From Candidatus Annandia pinicola (lineage in GTDB: Bacteria > Pseudomonadota > Gammaproteobacteria > Enterobacterales > Enterobacteriaceae_A), in assembly GCF_020541245.1 (NCBI RefSeq), contig NZ_CP045876.1:120001-152000 (forward strand): a DNA stretch of 32,000 nucleotides, in the 5' to 3' direction. This document shows, in pieces, positions 8,962 through 18,297 of the stretch. The notes under the pieces were generated by a model that made no database searches, had not been told where the DNA came from, and saw nothing but the letters and a program-made list of their open reading frames with translations. Both the position numbers and the translations under genes were made by a program. Each line of letters begins with the position of its first letter. Position 1 is the first letter of the stretch.

Positions 8962-10608
8962 TTATAAACATTTACATTTATATAAATTAATTATACTATT
9001 TATTTGATTTATATTAATTCTATTATATAGTTTTTTAAATTTTTTAATTTTATGATTTAATAAAGGATAAAAAATACTATTCCAAGTCAATGATATATTT
9101 AAAAATTTTTCTATTTTAATAATTAATTCAGGAACAATAGGTTTTAAAAAAGTAGCTAATATTCTAAATAAATTTAATCCCATAGAAACTATTTCATGTA
9201 ATAATTTTTTATCTTTTATTTTAGACAATTTCCAAGGAGTTTTATTATCAATATAATTATTAGCAATATTAGTTAAATTAATTATTTTTTTTATAACATG
9301 ACTAAATTTTCTTGAATTAAATAATTTTGATATTATATAAGATTTTTTTATAAAATAGTTATATAATTTTTTATCTTCTAATTTTTCAGATAAAGTATCG
9401 TTAAAATCATTATTAATAAATTTAGAACTTCTAGAAGCTAAATTTACAATTTTATTTACTATATCATTATTAATTTTTTTCATAAAATCATACATATTGA
9501 TGTTAATATCATTAATATTATCAGATAGTTTACTTGCATAATAATAACGTAAACTATCTGAATCTAAAAATTTTAACCAATCATTAGCTGTAATAAAAGT
9601 TCCTTTAGATTTAGACATTTTATAATTATTAATAGTTAAATAACCATGTACAAAAATATTATCTGGTTTTTTAAATTTAATACTTTCTAAAATTGCTGGC
9701 CAAAATAGTGCATGAAAATAAATTATATCTTTACCAATAAAATGATATGTTTTAAGTTTTGAATTATATTTAAAAAAATCTTTAAAACTAAAATTTAATC
9801 TTTTACTACAAAGTTTTTTAATAGTACTAATATAACAAATTGGAGCATCTAACCATACATAAAAATATTTTTCTTCAAAATTTGGTATTTTAAAACCAAA
9901 ATAAGGTTTATCCCTAGAAATGTCCCATTTTTTTAAATCTAATTTTAACCAATTATTTATTTTATTATATACTGATTTATGAAATTTTATTGATTTTATC
10001 CATTTTTTTAATAAAATTTTAAAATATGGCAAATTAAAAAAAATATGATTAGTTTTTTTTATTACAGGTTTTGAATTAGATAATATAGATTTAGATTTTA
10101 TTAAATTAATTGCATTATATGTAGATCCACATATTTCACAATTATCACCATATTGATTTTTTGATTTACATATAGGACATGTACCTTTTACAAAACGATC
10201 AGGTAAAAAAATATTTTTTTTTTCATCATATAGCTGAAATATCTTTTTTGATTTAATAAAACCATTAAATCTAAGATTTAAATATATTTTTTCTACTAAT
10301 TCTTTATTACTATCACTATCAGTAATATCATAATAATTATGTGTAATATTGAATCTAGAAAAATCTAATTTATGTTTAATTTTTACTTTATTAATCATTA
10401 TTTTAGGTGAAATATTTATTTTATTTGATTTTATCATAATAGCTGTTCCATGAGAATCATCAGCACAAATAAAATAAACATCATTTCCACACATTCTTTT
10501 ATATCTTACCCAAATATCAGCTTGTATTTGTTCTAACATATGACCTAAATGAATTGGTCCATTAGAATATGGTAAAGCACATGTTACTAAAATTCTTTTT
10601 TTTATCAT
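8962..10608 (-). CDS. metG: methionyl-tRNA synthetase, lacking the C-terminal tRNA-binding/dimerisation domain
   Basis: The 548-aa ORF has HIGH (PIHLGHMLE), KMSKS (YKMSKSKG) and the zinc knuckle CPICKSKNQYGDNCEICG. It is colinear with roughly the first 550 residues of E. coli MetG. Confidence 0.94.
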   Translation of the reverse strand: MIKKRILVTCALPYSNGPIHLGHMLEQIQADIWVRYKRMCGNDVYFICADDSHGTAIMIKSNKINISPKIMINKVKIKHKLDFSRFNITHNYYDITDSDSNKELVEKIYLNLRFNGFIKSKKIFQLYDEKKNIFLPDRFVKGTCPICKSKNQYGDNCEICGSTYNAINLIKSKSILSNSKPVIKKTNHIFFNLPYFKILLKKWIKSIKFHKSVYNKINNWLKLDLKKWDISRDKPYFGFKIPNFEEKYFYVWLDAPICYISTIKKLCSKRLNFSFKDFFKYNSKLKTYHFIGKDIIYFHALFWPAILESIKFKKPDNIFVHGYLTINNYKMSKSKGTFITANDWLKFLDSDSLRYYYASKLSDNINDININMYDFMKKINNDIVNKIVNLASRSSKFINNDFNDTLSEKLEDKKLYNYFIKKSYIISKLFNSRKFSHVIKKIINLTNIANNYIDNKTPWKLSKIKDKKLLHEIVSMGLNLFRILATFLKPIVPELIIKIEKFLNISLTWNSIFYPLLNHKIKKFKKLYNRININQINSIINLYKCKCL

Positions 10609-10727
10609 TTTTTTTAATATTTTAGTTATTAATTTTTGTAAATGTATATATAAATTTATAATAATATTATAATTATTTTTATAATATTAATTTTTTTTTA
10701 AAATTAATTTTAAATATTTCAAATTAT

Positions 10728-11843
10728 TTATTTTTTATTATTAGTAATTAATTGAGTATAAGGTATTATTTTTTTTATAATACCCCCACCTAAGCATGTT
10801 TTACCAATATAAAACACAGCAGATTGTCCAGGTGTTGCTGCTAATAATGGAAAAAAAAACATTACTAATAAATAATTATTTATTTTACTTACATGACATG
10901 GAATATCTTTTTGTTGATATCTTATTTTTACTGTACAATAAAAATTTTTTTTTATATTACTATAATTAATTAAATTAATTTCATTAATAATTACCCCATT
11001 TGACATTAAATAAGGATCATAATAATTTTGAGAAACAATTAAATAATTATTTTTAAAATCTTTTTTTACAACATACCATGGAGATTTAACATATTTTTTT
11101 ATACCACCTATTTTTAATCCTTTTCTTTGTCCTAAAGTATAATATGTTAAACCTTTATGTATTCCAATAAATTTTTTTTTTGTATCAATAATAAAACCAG
11201 GATTATATGTAATATATCTACTAATAAAATCATCAAATTTTTTTTTACCAATAAAACATATACCAGTAGAATCTTTTTTTTTAGCAACAGGTAAATTAAG
11301 TTTTTTAGCAATTAATCTTACTTGTTTTTTTTTTAAATAACCAACTGTAAATATAGTACGAGAAAGTTGAAAGTTATTTAATGTATATAAAAAATAACTT
11401 TGATCTTTAGTTTTATCAATTCCTTTTAATAAAAAAAAATTATTTTTAATTTTAATACTTCTTACATAATGTCCAGTAGCTATATAATCAGCTTTTAAAT
11501 TATTTAGAGCAAATTTTAATAAACATTTAAATTTTATTTTTTTATTACATGCTATATCAGGATTTGGTGTAATACCTTTTTTATAATCATTAATAAATGG
11601 TTTAAAAACATTATTCCAATATTCTTTACTAAAATTTATTTTATGTAAATTTATATTTAATATTTTACATACTAATTTAGTATCACGAAAATCTTCTATA
11701 ATATAATTGTTATCATTAATATCCCAGTTTTCCATAAATAAACCTTCTACATAATAACCCTGTTTTTTTAAAATCCATGCTGCTACTGAAGAATCTACAC
11801 CACCAGACATTGCAACAATTACTTTTTTTTTATTTTTATTCAT
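10728..11843 (-). CDS. mnmA: tRNA-specific 2-thiouridylase (tRNA s2U34 synthesis)
   Basis: The 371-aa ORF has the PP-loop AMSGGVDSSVAA and the catalytic Cys contexts DIACNKKIKF and DSTGICFIG. It is colinear with E. coli MnmA. Confidence 0.94.
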   Translation of the reverse strand: MNKNKKKVIVAMSGGVDSSVAAWILKKQGYYVEGLFMENWDINDNNYIIEDFRDTKLVCKILNINLHKINFSKEYWNNVFKPFINDYKKGITPNPDIACNKKIKFKCLLKFALNNLKADYIATGHYVRSIKIKNNFFLLKGIDKTKDQSYFLYTLNNFQLSRTIFTVGYLKKKQVRLIAKKLNLPVAKKKDSTGICFIGKKKFDDFISRYITYNPGFIIDTKKKFIGIHKGLTYYTLGQRKGLKIGGIKKYVKSPWYVVKKDFKNNYLIVSQNYYDPYLMSNGVIINEINLINYSNIKKNFYCTVKIRYQQKDIPCHVSKINNYLLVMFFFPLLAATPGQSAVFYIGKTCLGGGIIKKIIPYTQLITNNKK

Positions 11844-11885
11844 TTTTTTTTATAAAGTTTTATTATATTTTTTTATAAACATATA

Positions 11886-12968
11886 TTAAATGTTAAAAAA
11901 ATATTGTATAATATCACCATCCTTTATTATATATTTTTTACCTTCTAATCTAATTTTACCAACTTTTTTTACCCCTAGTTCACCTTTATATTTAATAAAA
12001 TTTTTATATGATATTACTTTAGCTCTAATAAATCCTTTATTAAAATCAGTATGAATTTTACCTGAAGCTTCTAATGCATTAGTACCAATTAAAATTGATC
12101 TTGCACAAATTTCTTTTTCACCTACAGTAAAATAAGTATGCATATTTAATAGTTTATAACTATAATTTATTAATTTATTTAATTTTGGTTCTTTTAATTT
12201 TAATTTAGATAATATTTTTTCTTTTTCTTCATAATCTTTTATATTTGAAATATTTAATTCTAAATTAGCACAAATATTAATAATATTATATTTTTCTTTT
12301 TTTATTTTTTTTTTTATTTTATTAAAAAATTTATTATTATTAATTAAATTTTCATCATTATTAGCCACATAAAGCATTGGTTTAAATGTTAAAAAATTAA
12401 TACTTTTAATATAGTTTCTTTCATCTTCTTTAAAATTAATAGTATTTAACATTTTACCATTTTCTAAATTATATAAACAAGTTTCTAATAAAAATTTATG
12501 TTGCTTATAATCATTATCTTTATATCTTAAATATGACAAATTTTTTTCACATAATTCAATATCTGATATTATTAATTCAGTATTAATAATATTAATATCT
12601 TCTATGGGATCAACTCTATTATATACATGATGAATTTCTTTATTTTTAAAAAATCTAACAACATGAATTAATGAATTTACTGTTCTTATATTATTTAAAA
12701 ATTTATTACCCAAACCATTTCCTGAAGAAGCACCCTTTACTAAACCGGCAATATCAATAAATTTTATATTAGCTGGTAATATTTTTTCAGATTTTACAAT
12801 ATTTTGTATTGAAATTAATCTTTTATCAGGTATAATAGAAAAACCTATATTAGGATTAATTGTACAAAATGGAAAATTATTCGTTGCAATTTTAGATTTA
12901 GTTAAAGCATTAAAAATAGTAGATTTACCAACATTAGGTAATCCTAATATACCACATTTAAGTACCAT
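11886..12968 (-). CDS. ychF: ribosome-binding ATPase YchF (Obg-like)
   Basis: The 360-aa ORF has G1 GLPNVGKST, DIAGLVKGAS and the C-terminal TGS-like IHTDFNKGFIRA. It lies downstream of pth as in E. coli. Confidence 0.94.
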   Translation of the reverse strand: MVLKCGILGLPNVGKSTIFNALTKSKIATNNFPFCTINPNIGFSIIPDKRLISIQNIVKSEKILPANIKFIDIAGLVKGASSGNGLGNKFLNNIRTVNSLIHVVRFFKNKEIHHVYNRVDPIEDINIINTELIISDIELCEKNLSYLRYKDNDYKQHKFLLETCLYNLENGKMLNTINFKEDERNYIKSINFLTFKPMLYVANNDENLINNNKFFNKIKKKIKKEKYNIINICANLELNISNIKDYEEKEKILSKLKLKEPKLNKLINYSYKLLNMHTYFTVGEKEICARSILIGTNALEASGKIHTDFNKGFIRAKVISYKNFIKYKGELGVKKVGKIRLEGKKYIIKDGDIIQYFFNI

Positions 12969-13004
12969 AATTTCCTACTTTTTTATAATTAATATATATA
13001 AAAA

Positions 13005-13580
13005 TTATATTTTAAAATTATTTATTTTTTTTAAAACATTTATATCATTTTTTTTAAAAAAAATTTTTGTATAATTAATTAAATTATTTATTGAAGTATT
13101 AATTAAAAATTTTTCATTTTTTGTAATATTATTTAATACAAATTTTAATATCTTATTTTTACTATTAGGACGACCAATGCCTATACGTATTCTATTAAAA
13201 TTATTATTTTTAAATTTTAAAATAAGATATTTTATACCATTATGGCCACCATGATAACCATTTTTTTGTATTTTAATTTTTCCAGGAAATAAATCTAAAT
13301 CATCATGTAATATAATTAAATCATTAATTTTAATATCATATATATTCATTATATTAATTATATACTTATAATTATAATTCATATATATATTTGGTATGAA
13401 TAAATATATTATATTATTTGAATATGAAATTTTTCCTAAAAAACTATTAAATATATATTTTTTATTTAAATATTTACTATAAATATTTATTAATTTATAT
13501 ATATACCAAGATCCAATATTATGTCTAGTAAATAAATATTTAATTCCAGGATTAGATAAACCTACAATTAATTTAATAAT
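13005..13580 (-). CDS. pth: peptidyl-tRNA hydrolase, probably initiated at a non-canonical ATT codon
   Basis: The ORF track gives only 13005-13382 (125 aa). The same frame stays open upstream to a TAG at 13592-13590 and encodes IIKLIVGLSNPGIKYLFTRHNIGSWY, which matches the conserved Pth N-terminus including the catalytic-His motif. That stretch contains no ATG, GTG or TTG. An ATT at 13580-13578 lies 7 nt downstream of AGGA (13591-13588). The total length would be 191 aa, compared with 194 aa in E. coli. Confidence 0.8.
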   Translation of the reverse strand: MIKLIVGLSNPGIKYLFTRHNIGSWYIYKLINIYSKYLNKKYIFNSFLGKISYSNNIIYLFIPNIYMNYNYKYIINIMNIYDIKINDLIILHDDLDLFPGKIKIQKNGYHGGHNGIKYLILKFKNNNFNRIRIGIGRPNSKNKILKFVLNNITKNEKFLINTSINNLINYTKIFFKKNDINVLKKINNFKI

Positions 13581-13609
13581 ATTATTTTCCTATAAAAATT
13601 ATATAATTT

Positions 13610-13696
13610 GGTGAAGTGTCTGAGAGGTTTAAAGAATACGTTTGGAAAACGTATATATGATTTTTCATATCAAGGGTTCGAATCCCTTCTTCACCA
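13610..13696 (+). tRNA. tRNA-Ser (anticodon GGA), class II
   Basis: GGTGAAGTGTCTGAGAGGTTTAAAGAATACGTTTGGAAAACGTATATATGATTTTTCATATCAAGGGTTCGAATCCCTTCTTCACCA has acceptor stem GGTGAAG/CTTCACC, anticodon loop TTGGAAA, a long variable arm ATATGA-TTTT-TCATAT and a T arm AAGGG-TTCGAAT-CCCTT. CCA is not encoded. Confidence 0.9.
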
Positions 13697-13715
13697 TTAA
13701 AATATTTATTATTTT

Positions 13716-14660
13716 TTATTTAAACATTTCTGAAATAGATTCTTCATTATTAATACGTATTATAGATTCTGCTAAAATTTTTGAAATAGTAATAATTTTT
13801 ATATTTTTTATATTATTTATTTTTTCTTTTAAAGGAATGGTATCACAAACTATTAATTGATCTAATTTAGAATATTTAAATTTTTCTATAGCATTTCCTG
13901 ATAAAATAGGATGAGTTACATAAGCTAAAACTTTATTTGCTTTGTTTTTTTTTAAAAACTTAGCTGTTTTAAATATAGTATTACCTGTATCTATAATATC
14001 ATCTATAATAATACAATCTCTGTTTTTTACATCTCCAATTATATGAACAATATTAACTATGTTATTTTTAGGTCTTTTTTTGTGAATAATAGCTATATCA
14101 ATATCATTTAAAAACTTTGCAATAGTTCTTGCTCTTATTACACCCCCAATATCAGGTGATACTATAATAGGATTATTTAATTTTATTTTTAAAATATCTT
14201 TTATTAAAATAGAACTACTAAATATATTATCAACAGGAATATCAAAAAAACCCTGAATTTGTTCTGCATGTAAATCTATGGTTAAAATACGATCAACTCC
14301 AACATTAGATAAAAAATCAGCTATTATTTTTGCTGTAATAGGTACCCTTGCTGATCTTATCTTTCTATCTTGACGAGCATAACCAAAATATGGAATAACA
14401 GCAGTAATTCTACCTGCTGAAGCTCTTCTTAAAGCGTCTACCATAATTAATAATTCCATAATATTATCATTAGATGGAAAACAAATAGATTGTATAATAA
14501 ATATATCATTTCCACGTACATTCTCGTTAATTTGAACACTAATTTCACCGTCACTAAAACGACCTACTTTTGCTTTACCTAATTTAATATTTAAATAATT
14601 AGAAATTTTTTTTACTAATAAAGGATTTGAATTTCCTGCAAATAATCTTATATTTTTCAT
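13716..14660 (-). CDS. prs: ribose-phosphate pyrophosphokinase (PRPP synthetase)
   Basis: It is colinear with E. coli Prs ([39 protein letters not shown], the PRPP loop [18 protein letters not shown]). The ORF track starts at 14675 ([15 protein letters not shown]). The ATG at 14660 gives [10 protein letters not shown], which matches E. coli MPDMKLFAGN in register. Neither start has a good SD, so the start remains uncertain. Confidence 0.9.
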   Translation of the reverse strand: MKNIRLFAGNSNPLLVKKISNYLNIKLGKAKVGRFSDGEISVQINENVRGNDIFIIQSICFPSNDNIMELLIMVDALRRASAGRITAVIPYFGYARQDRKIRSARVPITAKIIADFLSNVGVDRILTIDLHAEQIQGFFDIPVDNIFSSSILIKDILKIKLNNPIIVSPDIGGVIRARTIAKFLNDIDIAIIHKKRPKNNIVNIVHIIGDVKNRDCIIIDDIIDTGNTIFKTAKFLKKNKANKVLAYVTHPILSGNAIEKFKYSKLDQLIVCDTIPLKEKINNIKNIKIITISKILAESIIRINNEESISEMFK

Positions 14661-14790
14661 AAACAATATTACCATCCTAAATTAATTTTTATTCAATATT
14701 GATTATAATATAAAAATATTTTTAAAATATTTTATTTATAAATAAATTAATTCAATATTTATTTATTATAATTATAATTTATGATTAAAA

Positions 14791-15852
14791 ATGAAAAATT
14801 TTATTATAAATAAATTAGAATATTTTGAAAAACGTTATAAAAGAATAAAAAGACTTTTTTTAAAAAATAATATAATTAATAATAAAAAAATTTTAAAAAA
14901 AATATCAAATGAATATTGTTTTTTTAATAATATTTATATTTATTTTAAAAAATGGAAAAAAAAAAAAAAAGAATTTAATAATATATTATTAAATTTAAAT
15001 AAAAATAATTTAATAAAAAAAAAAAAAATAAATAAATTAATTAAATATATAGAATATAAAATTTGTGAATTATTAATACCAAAAGATAATAATGATAAAT
15101 TAGATTGTTTTTTAGAAATTAGATCAGGTACTGGAGGTGATGAAGCATGTATATTTGTTGGAAATCTTTTTAAAATGTATAATAATTATATACAATCTAA
15201 AAAATGGAATATTGAAATTATAAATATTAATAATGGTGAACATGGTGGTTTTAAAGAAATTATAATTAAAGTATTAGGAAAAGGATCTTATGGTTTTTTA
15301 AAATTTGAATCTGGAGGTCATAGAGTACAAAGAGTTCCAGACACAGAAAATCAAGGAAGAATTCATACTTCAACATGTATTATAGCTATAGTACCTATAT
15401 TACCAGAAGTTAATGAAATTGAAATAAATAATAAAGATTTAAAAATAGATACTTTTAGGTCTTCGGGGGCTGGAGGGCAACATGTAAATACAACTGATTC
15501 AGCTATAAGAATAACTCATGTACCTACTGGTATTGTTGTTGAATGTCAAGATGAAAGATCTCAACATAAAAATAAATCAAAAGCTTTATCAATTTTACGT
15601 TTTAGAATTTATGCCGCTAAAAATAAAGAAAAAAATAAAAAAAAAACTACAATAAGAAAAAATCTTTTAGGTAGTGGTACTAGATCAGATAGAAATAGAA
15701 CATATAATTTTTCGCAAGATAGAATAACAGATCATAGAATAAATTTAACTATATATAGTTTGAATGAAGTTCTTAATGGAAAATTAGATTTATTAATTAC
15801 TCCTTTAATAAAAGAATATAAAAATAATAAATTATATGAAATATTTAAATAA
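14791..15852 (+). CDS. prfA: peptide chain release factor 1
   Basis: The 353-aa ORF has the GGQ motif ([22 protein letters not shown]), an RF1-type PxT motif ([17 protein letters not shown]) and [15 protein letters not shown]. The N-terminal domain is Lys-rich and low-complexity and contains the A15 and A14 tracts. Confidence 0.94.
   Translation: MKNFIINKLEYFEKRYKRIKRLFLKNNIINNKKILKKISNEYCFFNNIYIYFKKWKKKKKEFNNILLNLNKNNLIKKKKINKLIKYIEYKICELLIPKDNNDKLDCFLEIRSGTGGDEACIFVGNLFKMYNNYIQSKKWNIEIININNGEHGGFKEIIIKVLGKGSYGFLKFESGGHRVQRVPDTENQGRIHTSTCIIAIVPILPEVNEIEINNKDLKIDTFRSSGAGGQHVNTTDSAIRITHVPTGIVVECQDERSQHKNKSKALSILRFRIYAAKNKEKNKKKTTIRKNLLGSGTRSDRNRTYNFSQDRITDHRINLTIYSLNEVLNGKLDLLITPLIKEYKNNKLYEIFK
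14956..14970 (+). repeat. A15 homopolymer inside prfA (codes WKKKKKE)
   Basis: Counted directly: ggAAAAAAAAAAAAAAAg. Confidence 0.95.
15015..15028 (+). repeat. A14 homopolymer inside prfA (codes IKKKKI)
   Basis: Counted directly: taatAAAAAAAAAAAAAAta. Confidence 0.95.
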
Positions 15853-15855
15853 TAT

Positions 15856-16689
15856 ATGATTAAAATTAAAAAAATTTTAAAAAATATTTGTATTAATTTA
15901 AAATACTTAAAAAAACCTAAATTAAATTCAGAAATTATATTAAGTAATATAATAAATCGTTCAATAAACTGGATAAGAATATTTAATGAAAATAAAATTA
16001 ATATAAATTATATAAAAAAAAAAATAAATAAAATTATAAAAAGAAGAATTAATGGTGAACCAATTGAATATTTATTAAAAAAATGTGAATTTTGGTCTTT
16101 AATAATAAATATTATACCTATTACAATTATACCAAGACAAGATACAGAAATAATAATTGAAATTGCTTTAAAAAAAATAAATAATAATGATACTATTTTA
16201 GATTTAGGATCTGGTAGTGGAATAATAAGTTTATCTTTAGCTAATGAAAATAAAAATATTAAAATAGTTGGAGTAGATAATATTTATAAAGTAATTAAAT
16301 TAGCAAATAAAAATGCAATTAATTTAAAATTAAAAAACATTTTATTTATAAATAGTAATTGGTTTTCTATTTTAAAAAAAAAAAAATTTAATATTATTAT
16401 TAGTAATCCTCCTTATATAAGTATATATGATTTAAATTTAAATAATTTATCATTAAAATTTGAACCTATTAATTCAATATTATCTAAAAATAATGGTTTA
16501 AATGAGATAGAATATATTATAAATAAATCTAGACTGTATTTGAATTTAAATGGATGGTTATTAATAGAACATGGTTTTAATCAAAAAATAAAAACAAAAT
16601 ATTTATTCAAAAAATATAATTTTTCTAATATTAATAGTTATAAAGATTATAATAAAAAATATCGTGTTACAATTGGTCAATTAATTTAA
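15856..16689 (+). CDS. prmC: release-factor glutamine N5-methyltransferase (HemK/PrmC)
   Basis: The 277-aa ORF starts 3 nt after the prfA stop. It has the SAM-binding motif LDLGSGSGII and the catalytic IISNPPYI (NPPY). The prfA-prmC order matches E. coli. Confidence 0.9.
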   Translation: MIKIKKILKNICINLKYLKKPKLNSEIILSNIINRSINWIRIFNENKININYIKKKINKIIKRRINGEPIEYLLKKCEFWSLIINIIPITIIPRQDTEIIIEIALKKINNNDTILDLGSGSGIISLSLANENKNIKIVGVDNIYKVIKLANKNAINLKLKNILFINSNWFSILKKKKFNIIISNPPYISIYDLNLNNLSLKFEPINSILSKNNGLNEIEYIINKSRLYLNLNGWLLIEHGFNQKIKTKYLFKKYNFSNINSYKDYNKKYRVTIGQLI

Positions 16690-16773
16690 TTAAATTATAA
16701 AAATTATAAATTAAATAAAATATATTTTTTATTAAATAATATATTTTATTATTTATTTTTTTTAAAGGAATTT

Positions 16774-18189
16774 ATGAGAAAAACTAAAATAATTTGTACT
16801 ATTGGTCCTAAAACAGAATCTGTTTGTATGTTAGTTAAATTAATAAATATGGGTATGGATATTATGAGATTAAATTTTTCTCATGGTGACCATAAAGAAC
16901 ATAACAGGAGAATAAATAATATAAGAATAGCAATGAAAAAAACTAAAAAAAATATAGCAATTTTATTAGATACAAGAGGTCCTGAAATTAGAACTATGAA
17001 ATTAATAAATGGTAAAGATATTTTTTTAAAAAAAGGTCAATTTTTTAAATTTACTATAGATAAAAATGTTATTGGTGATATTAATAGAGTGGCTGTTACA
17101 TATAAAAATTTTATAAATGATTTAAGCATAGGAAATTTAGTATTAGTAGATGACGGATTAATTAAAATGAAAGTTGTAAATGTTAATGAAAAATATGTTT
17201 TTTGTTCAGTATTAAATGATGGAATTTTAGGAGAAAATAAAGGTGTAAATTTACCAGATATTAATATTAAATTACCAACACTATCAGATATAGATAAAAA
17301 AGATTTGATATTTGGATGTAAAAAAAATATTGATTTTATTGCTGCTTCATTTGTAAGAAAAAAAACTGATGTATTAAAAATAAGGGAATTTTTAGATTGT
17401 AATGGAGGTAAAAATATTAAAATTATATCTAAAATTGAAAATCAAAAAGGTTTAGAAAATTTTTTAGAAATATTAGATTTATCAGATGGTATTATGGTTG
17501 CTCGTGGAGATCTTGGAGTAGAAATACCTTTAGAAGAAGTAATTTTTTCTCAAAAAATGATGATTAAAGAATGTAATAAATCTTTAAAATTTGTTATTAC
17601 AGCAACACAAATGTTAGATTCTATGATAAGAAATCCAAGACCAACAAGAGCTGAAGCTGGTGATATTTCTAATGCTATAATAGATGGTACAGATGCAGTA
17701 ATGTTATCAGGAGAAACTGCAAAAGGTAATTATCCAATAGAATCTGTTAAAATTATGAAAAAAATATGTATTAAAACAGATAAAATTGTAAAACCAAAAA
17801 TAAATACAAATTATAGTAAATATAAAAATTTAATATTTACTGAATCTACATGTCGTGGAGTTGTAGAAATAGCAGAAAAAATAAAAGCAAAACTTATTAT
17901 AGTTGAAACAAAAAAAGGAATATCAGCTAAGGCTTTAAGAAAATATTTTCCTAATTCAATAATTTTAGCATTAACTTATAGTCAAAATATAGCAAATCAA
18001 TTAATATTAAGTAGAGGTATTAATGCTAAAGTTATAAAAAAACCAAAATCTCAAAATGATTTTTATTATATAAGTAAAAATGAAGCAATAAATAGTGGAT
18101 ATGCAAAAATTGGGGATATTATTATAATTTTATCAGGTATTTGTAAATTAAATAAAATAATTTATAATTTTTCAATTCATACTTTATAA
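16774..18189 (+). CDS. pykF: pyruvate kinase (PykF-like, type I)
   Basis: The 471-aa ORF starts MRKTKIICTIGPKTES..MRLNFSHGDHKEH..LLDTRGPEIRT. It also has MVARGDLGVEIP and TATQMLDSMIRNPRPTRAEAGDISNAIIDGTDAVMLSGETAKG. From memory it matches E. coli PykF (MKKTKIVCTIGPKTES) much better than PykA. Confidence 0.92.
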   Translation: MRKTKIICTIGPKTESVCMLVKLINMGMDIMRLNFSHGDHKEHNRRINNIRIAMKKTKKNIAILLDTRGPEIRTMKLINGKDIFLKKGQFFKFTIDKNVIGDINRVAVTYKNFINDLSIGNLVLVDDGLIKMKVVNVNEKYVFCSVLNDGILGENKGVNLPDINIKLPTLSDIDKKDLIFGCKKNIDFIAASFVRKKTDVLKIREFLDCNGGKNIKIISKIENQKGLENFLEILDLSDGIMVARGDLGVEIPLEEVIFSQKMMIKECNKSLKFVITATQMLDSMIRNPRPTRAEAGDISNAIIDGTDAVMLSGETAKGNYPIESVKIMKKICIKTDKIVKPKINTNYSKYKNLIFTESTCRGVVEIAEKIKAKLIIVETKKGISAKALRKYFPNSIILALTYSQNIANQLILSRGINAKVIKKPKSQNDFYYISKNEAINSGYAKIGDIIIILSGICKLNKIIYNFSIHTL

Positions 18190-18297
18190 AATTATAATAA
18201 TTTTATAATTAATATATATTAAATTATTATATTATCTAATATATATATAAATATATATATATTTTATAAAAATTATTTATTTTTTATATAAATATAA

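Noticed and set aside
13642-13860. 72-aa plus-strand ORF
   Set aside because: It starts inside tRNA-Ser and runs antisense into the prs 3' end, so it is a spurious product of AT-rich sequence.
15330-15345. The RF1 tripeptide motif reads PDT rather than the E. coli PAT
   Set aside because: The middle position of the RF1 PxT motif varies among bacteria, so this is not evidence of altered stop-codon specificity.
18190-18297. (TA)n-rich convergent spacer between pykF and mdtK, considered as a terminator or microsatellite
   Set aside because: It contains only short interrupted TA runs (such as ATATATATATAAATATATATATAT) and no G/C stem. It is indistinguishable from background AT-rich spacer.
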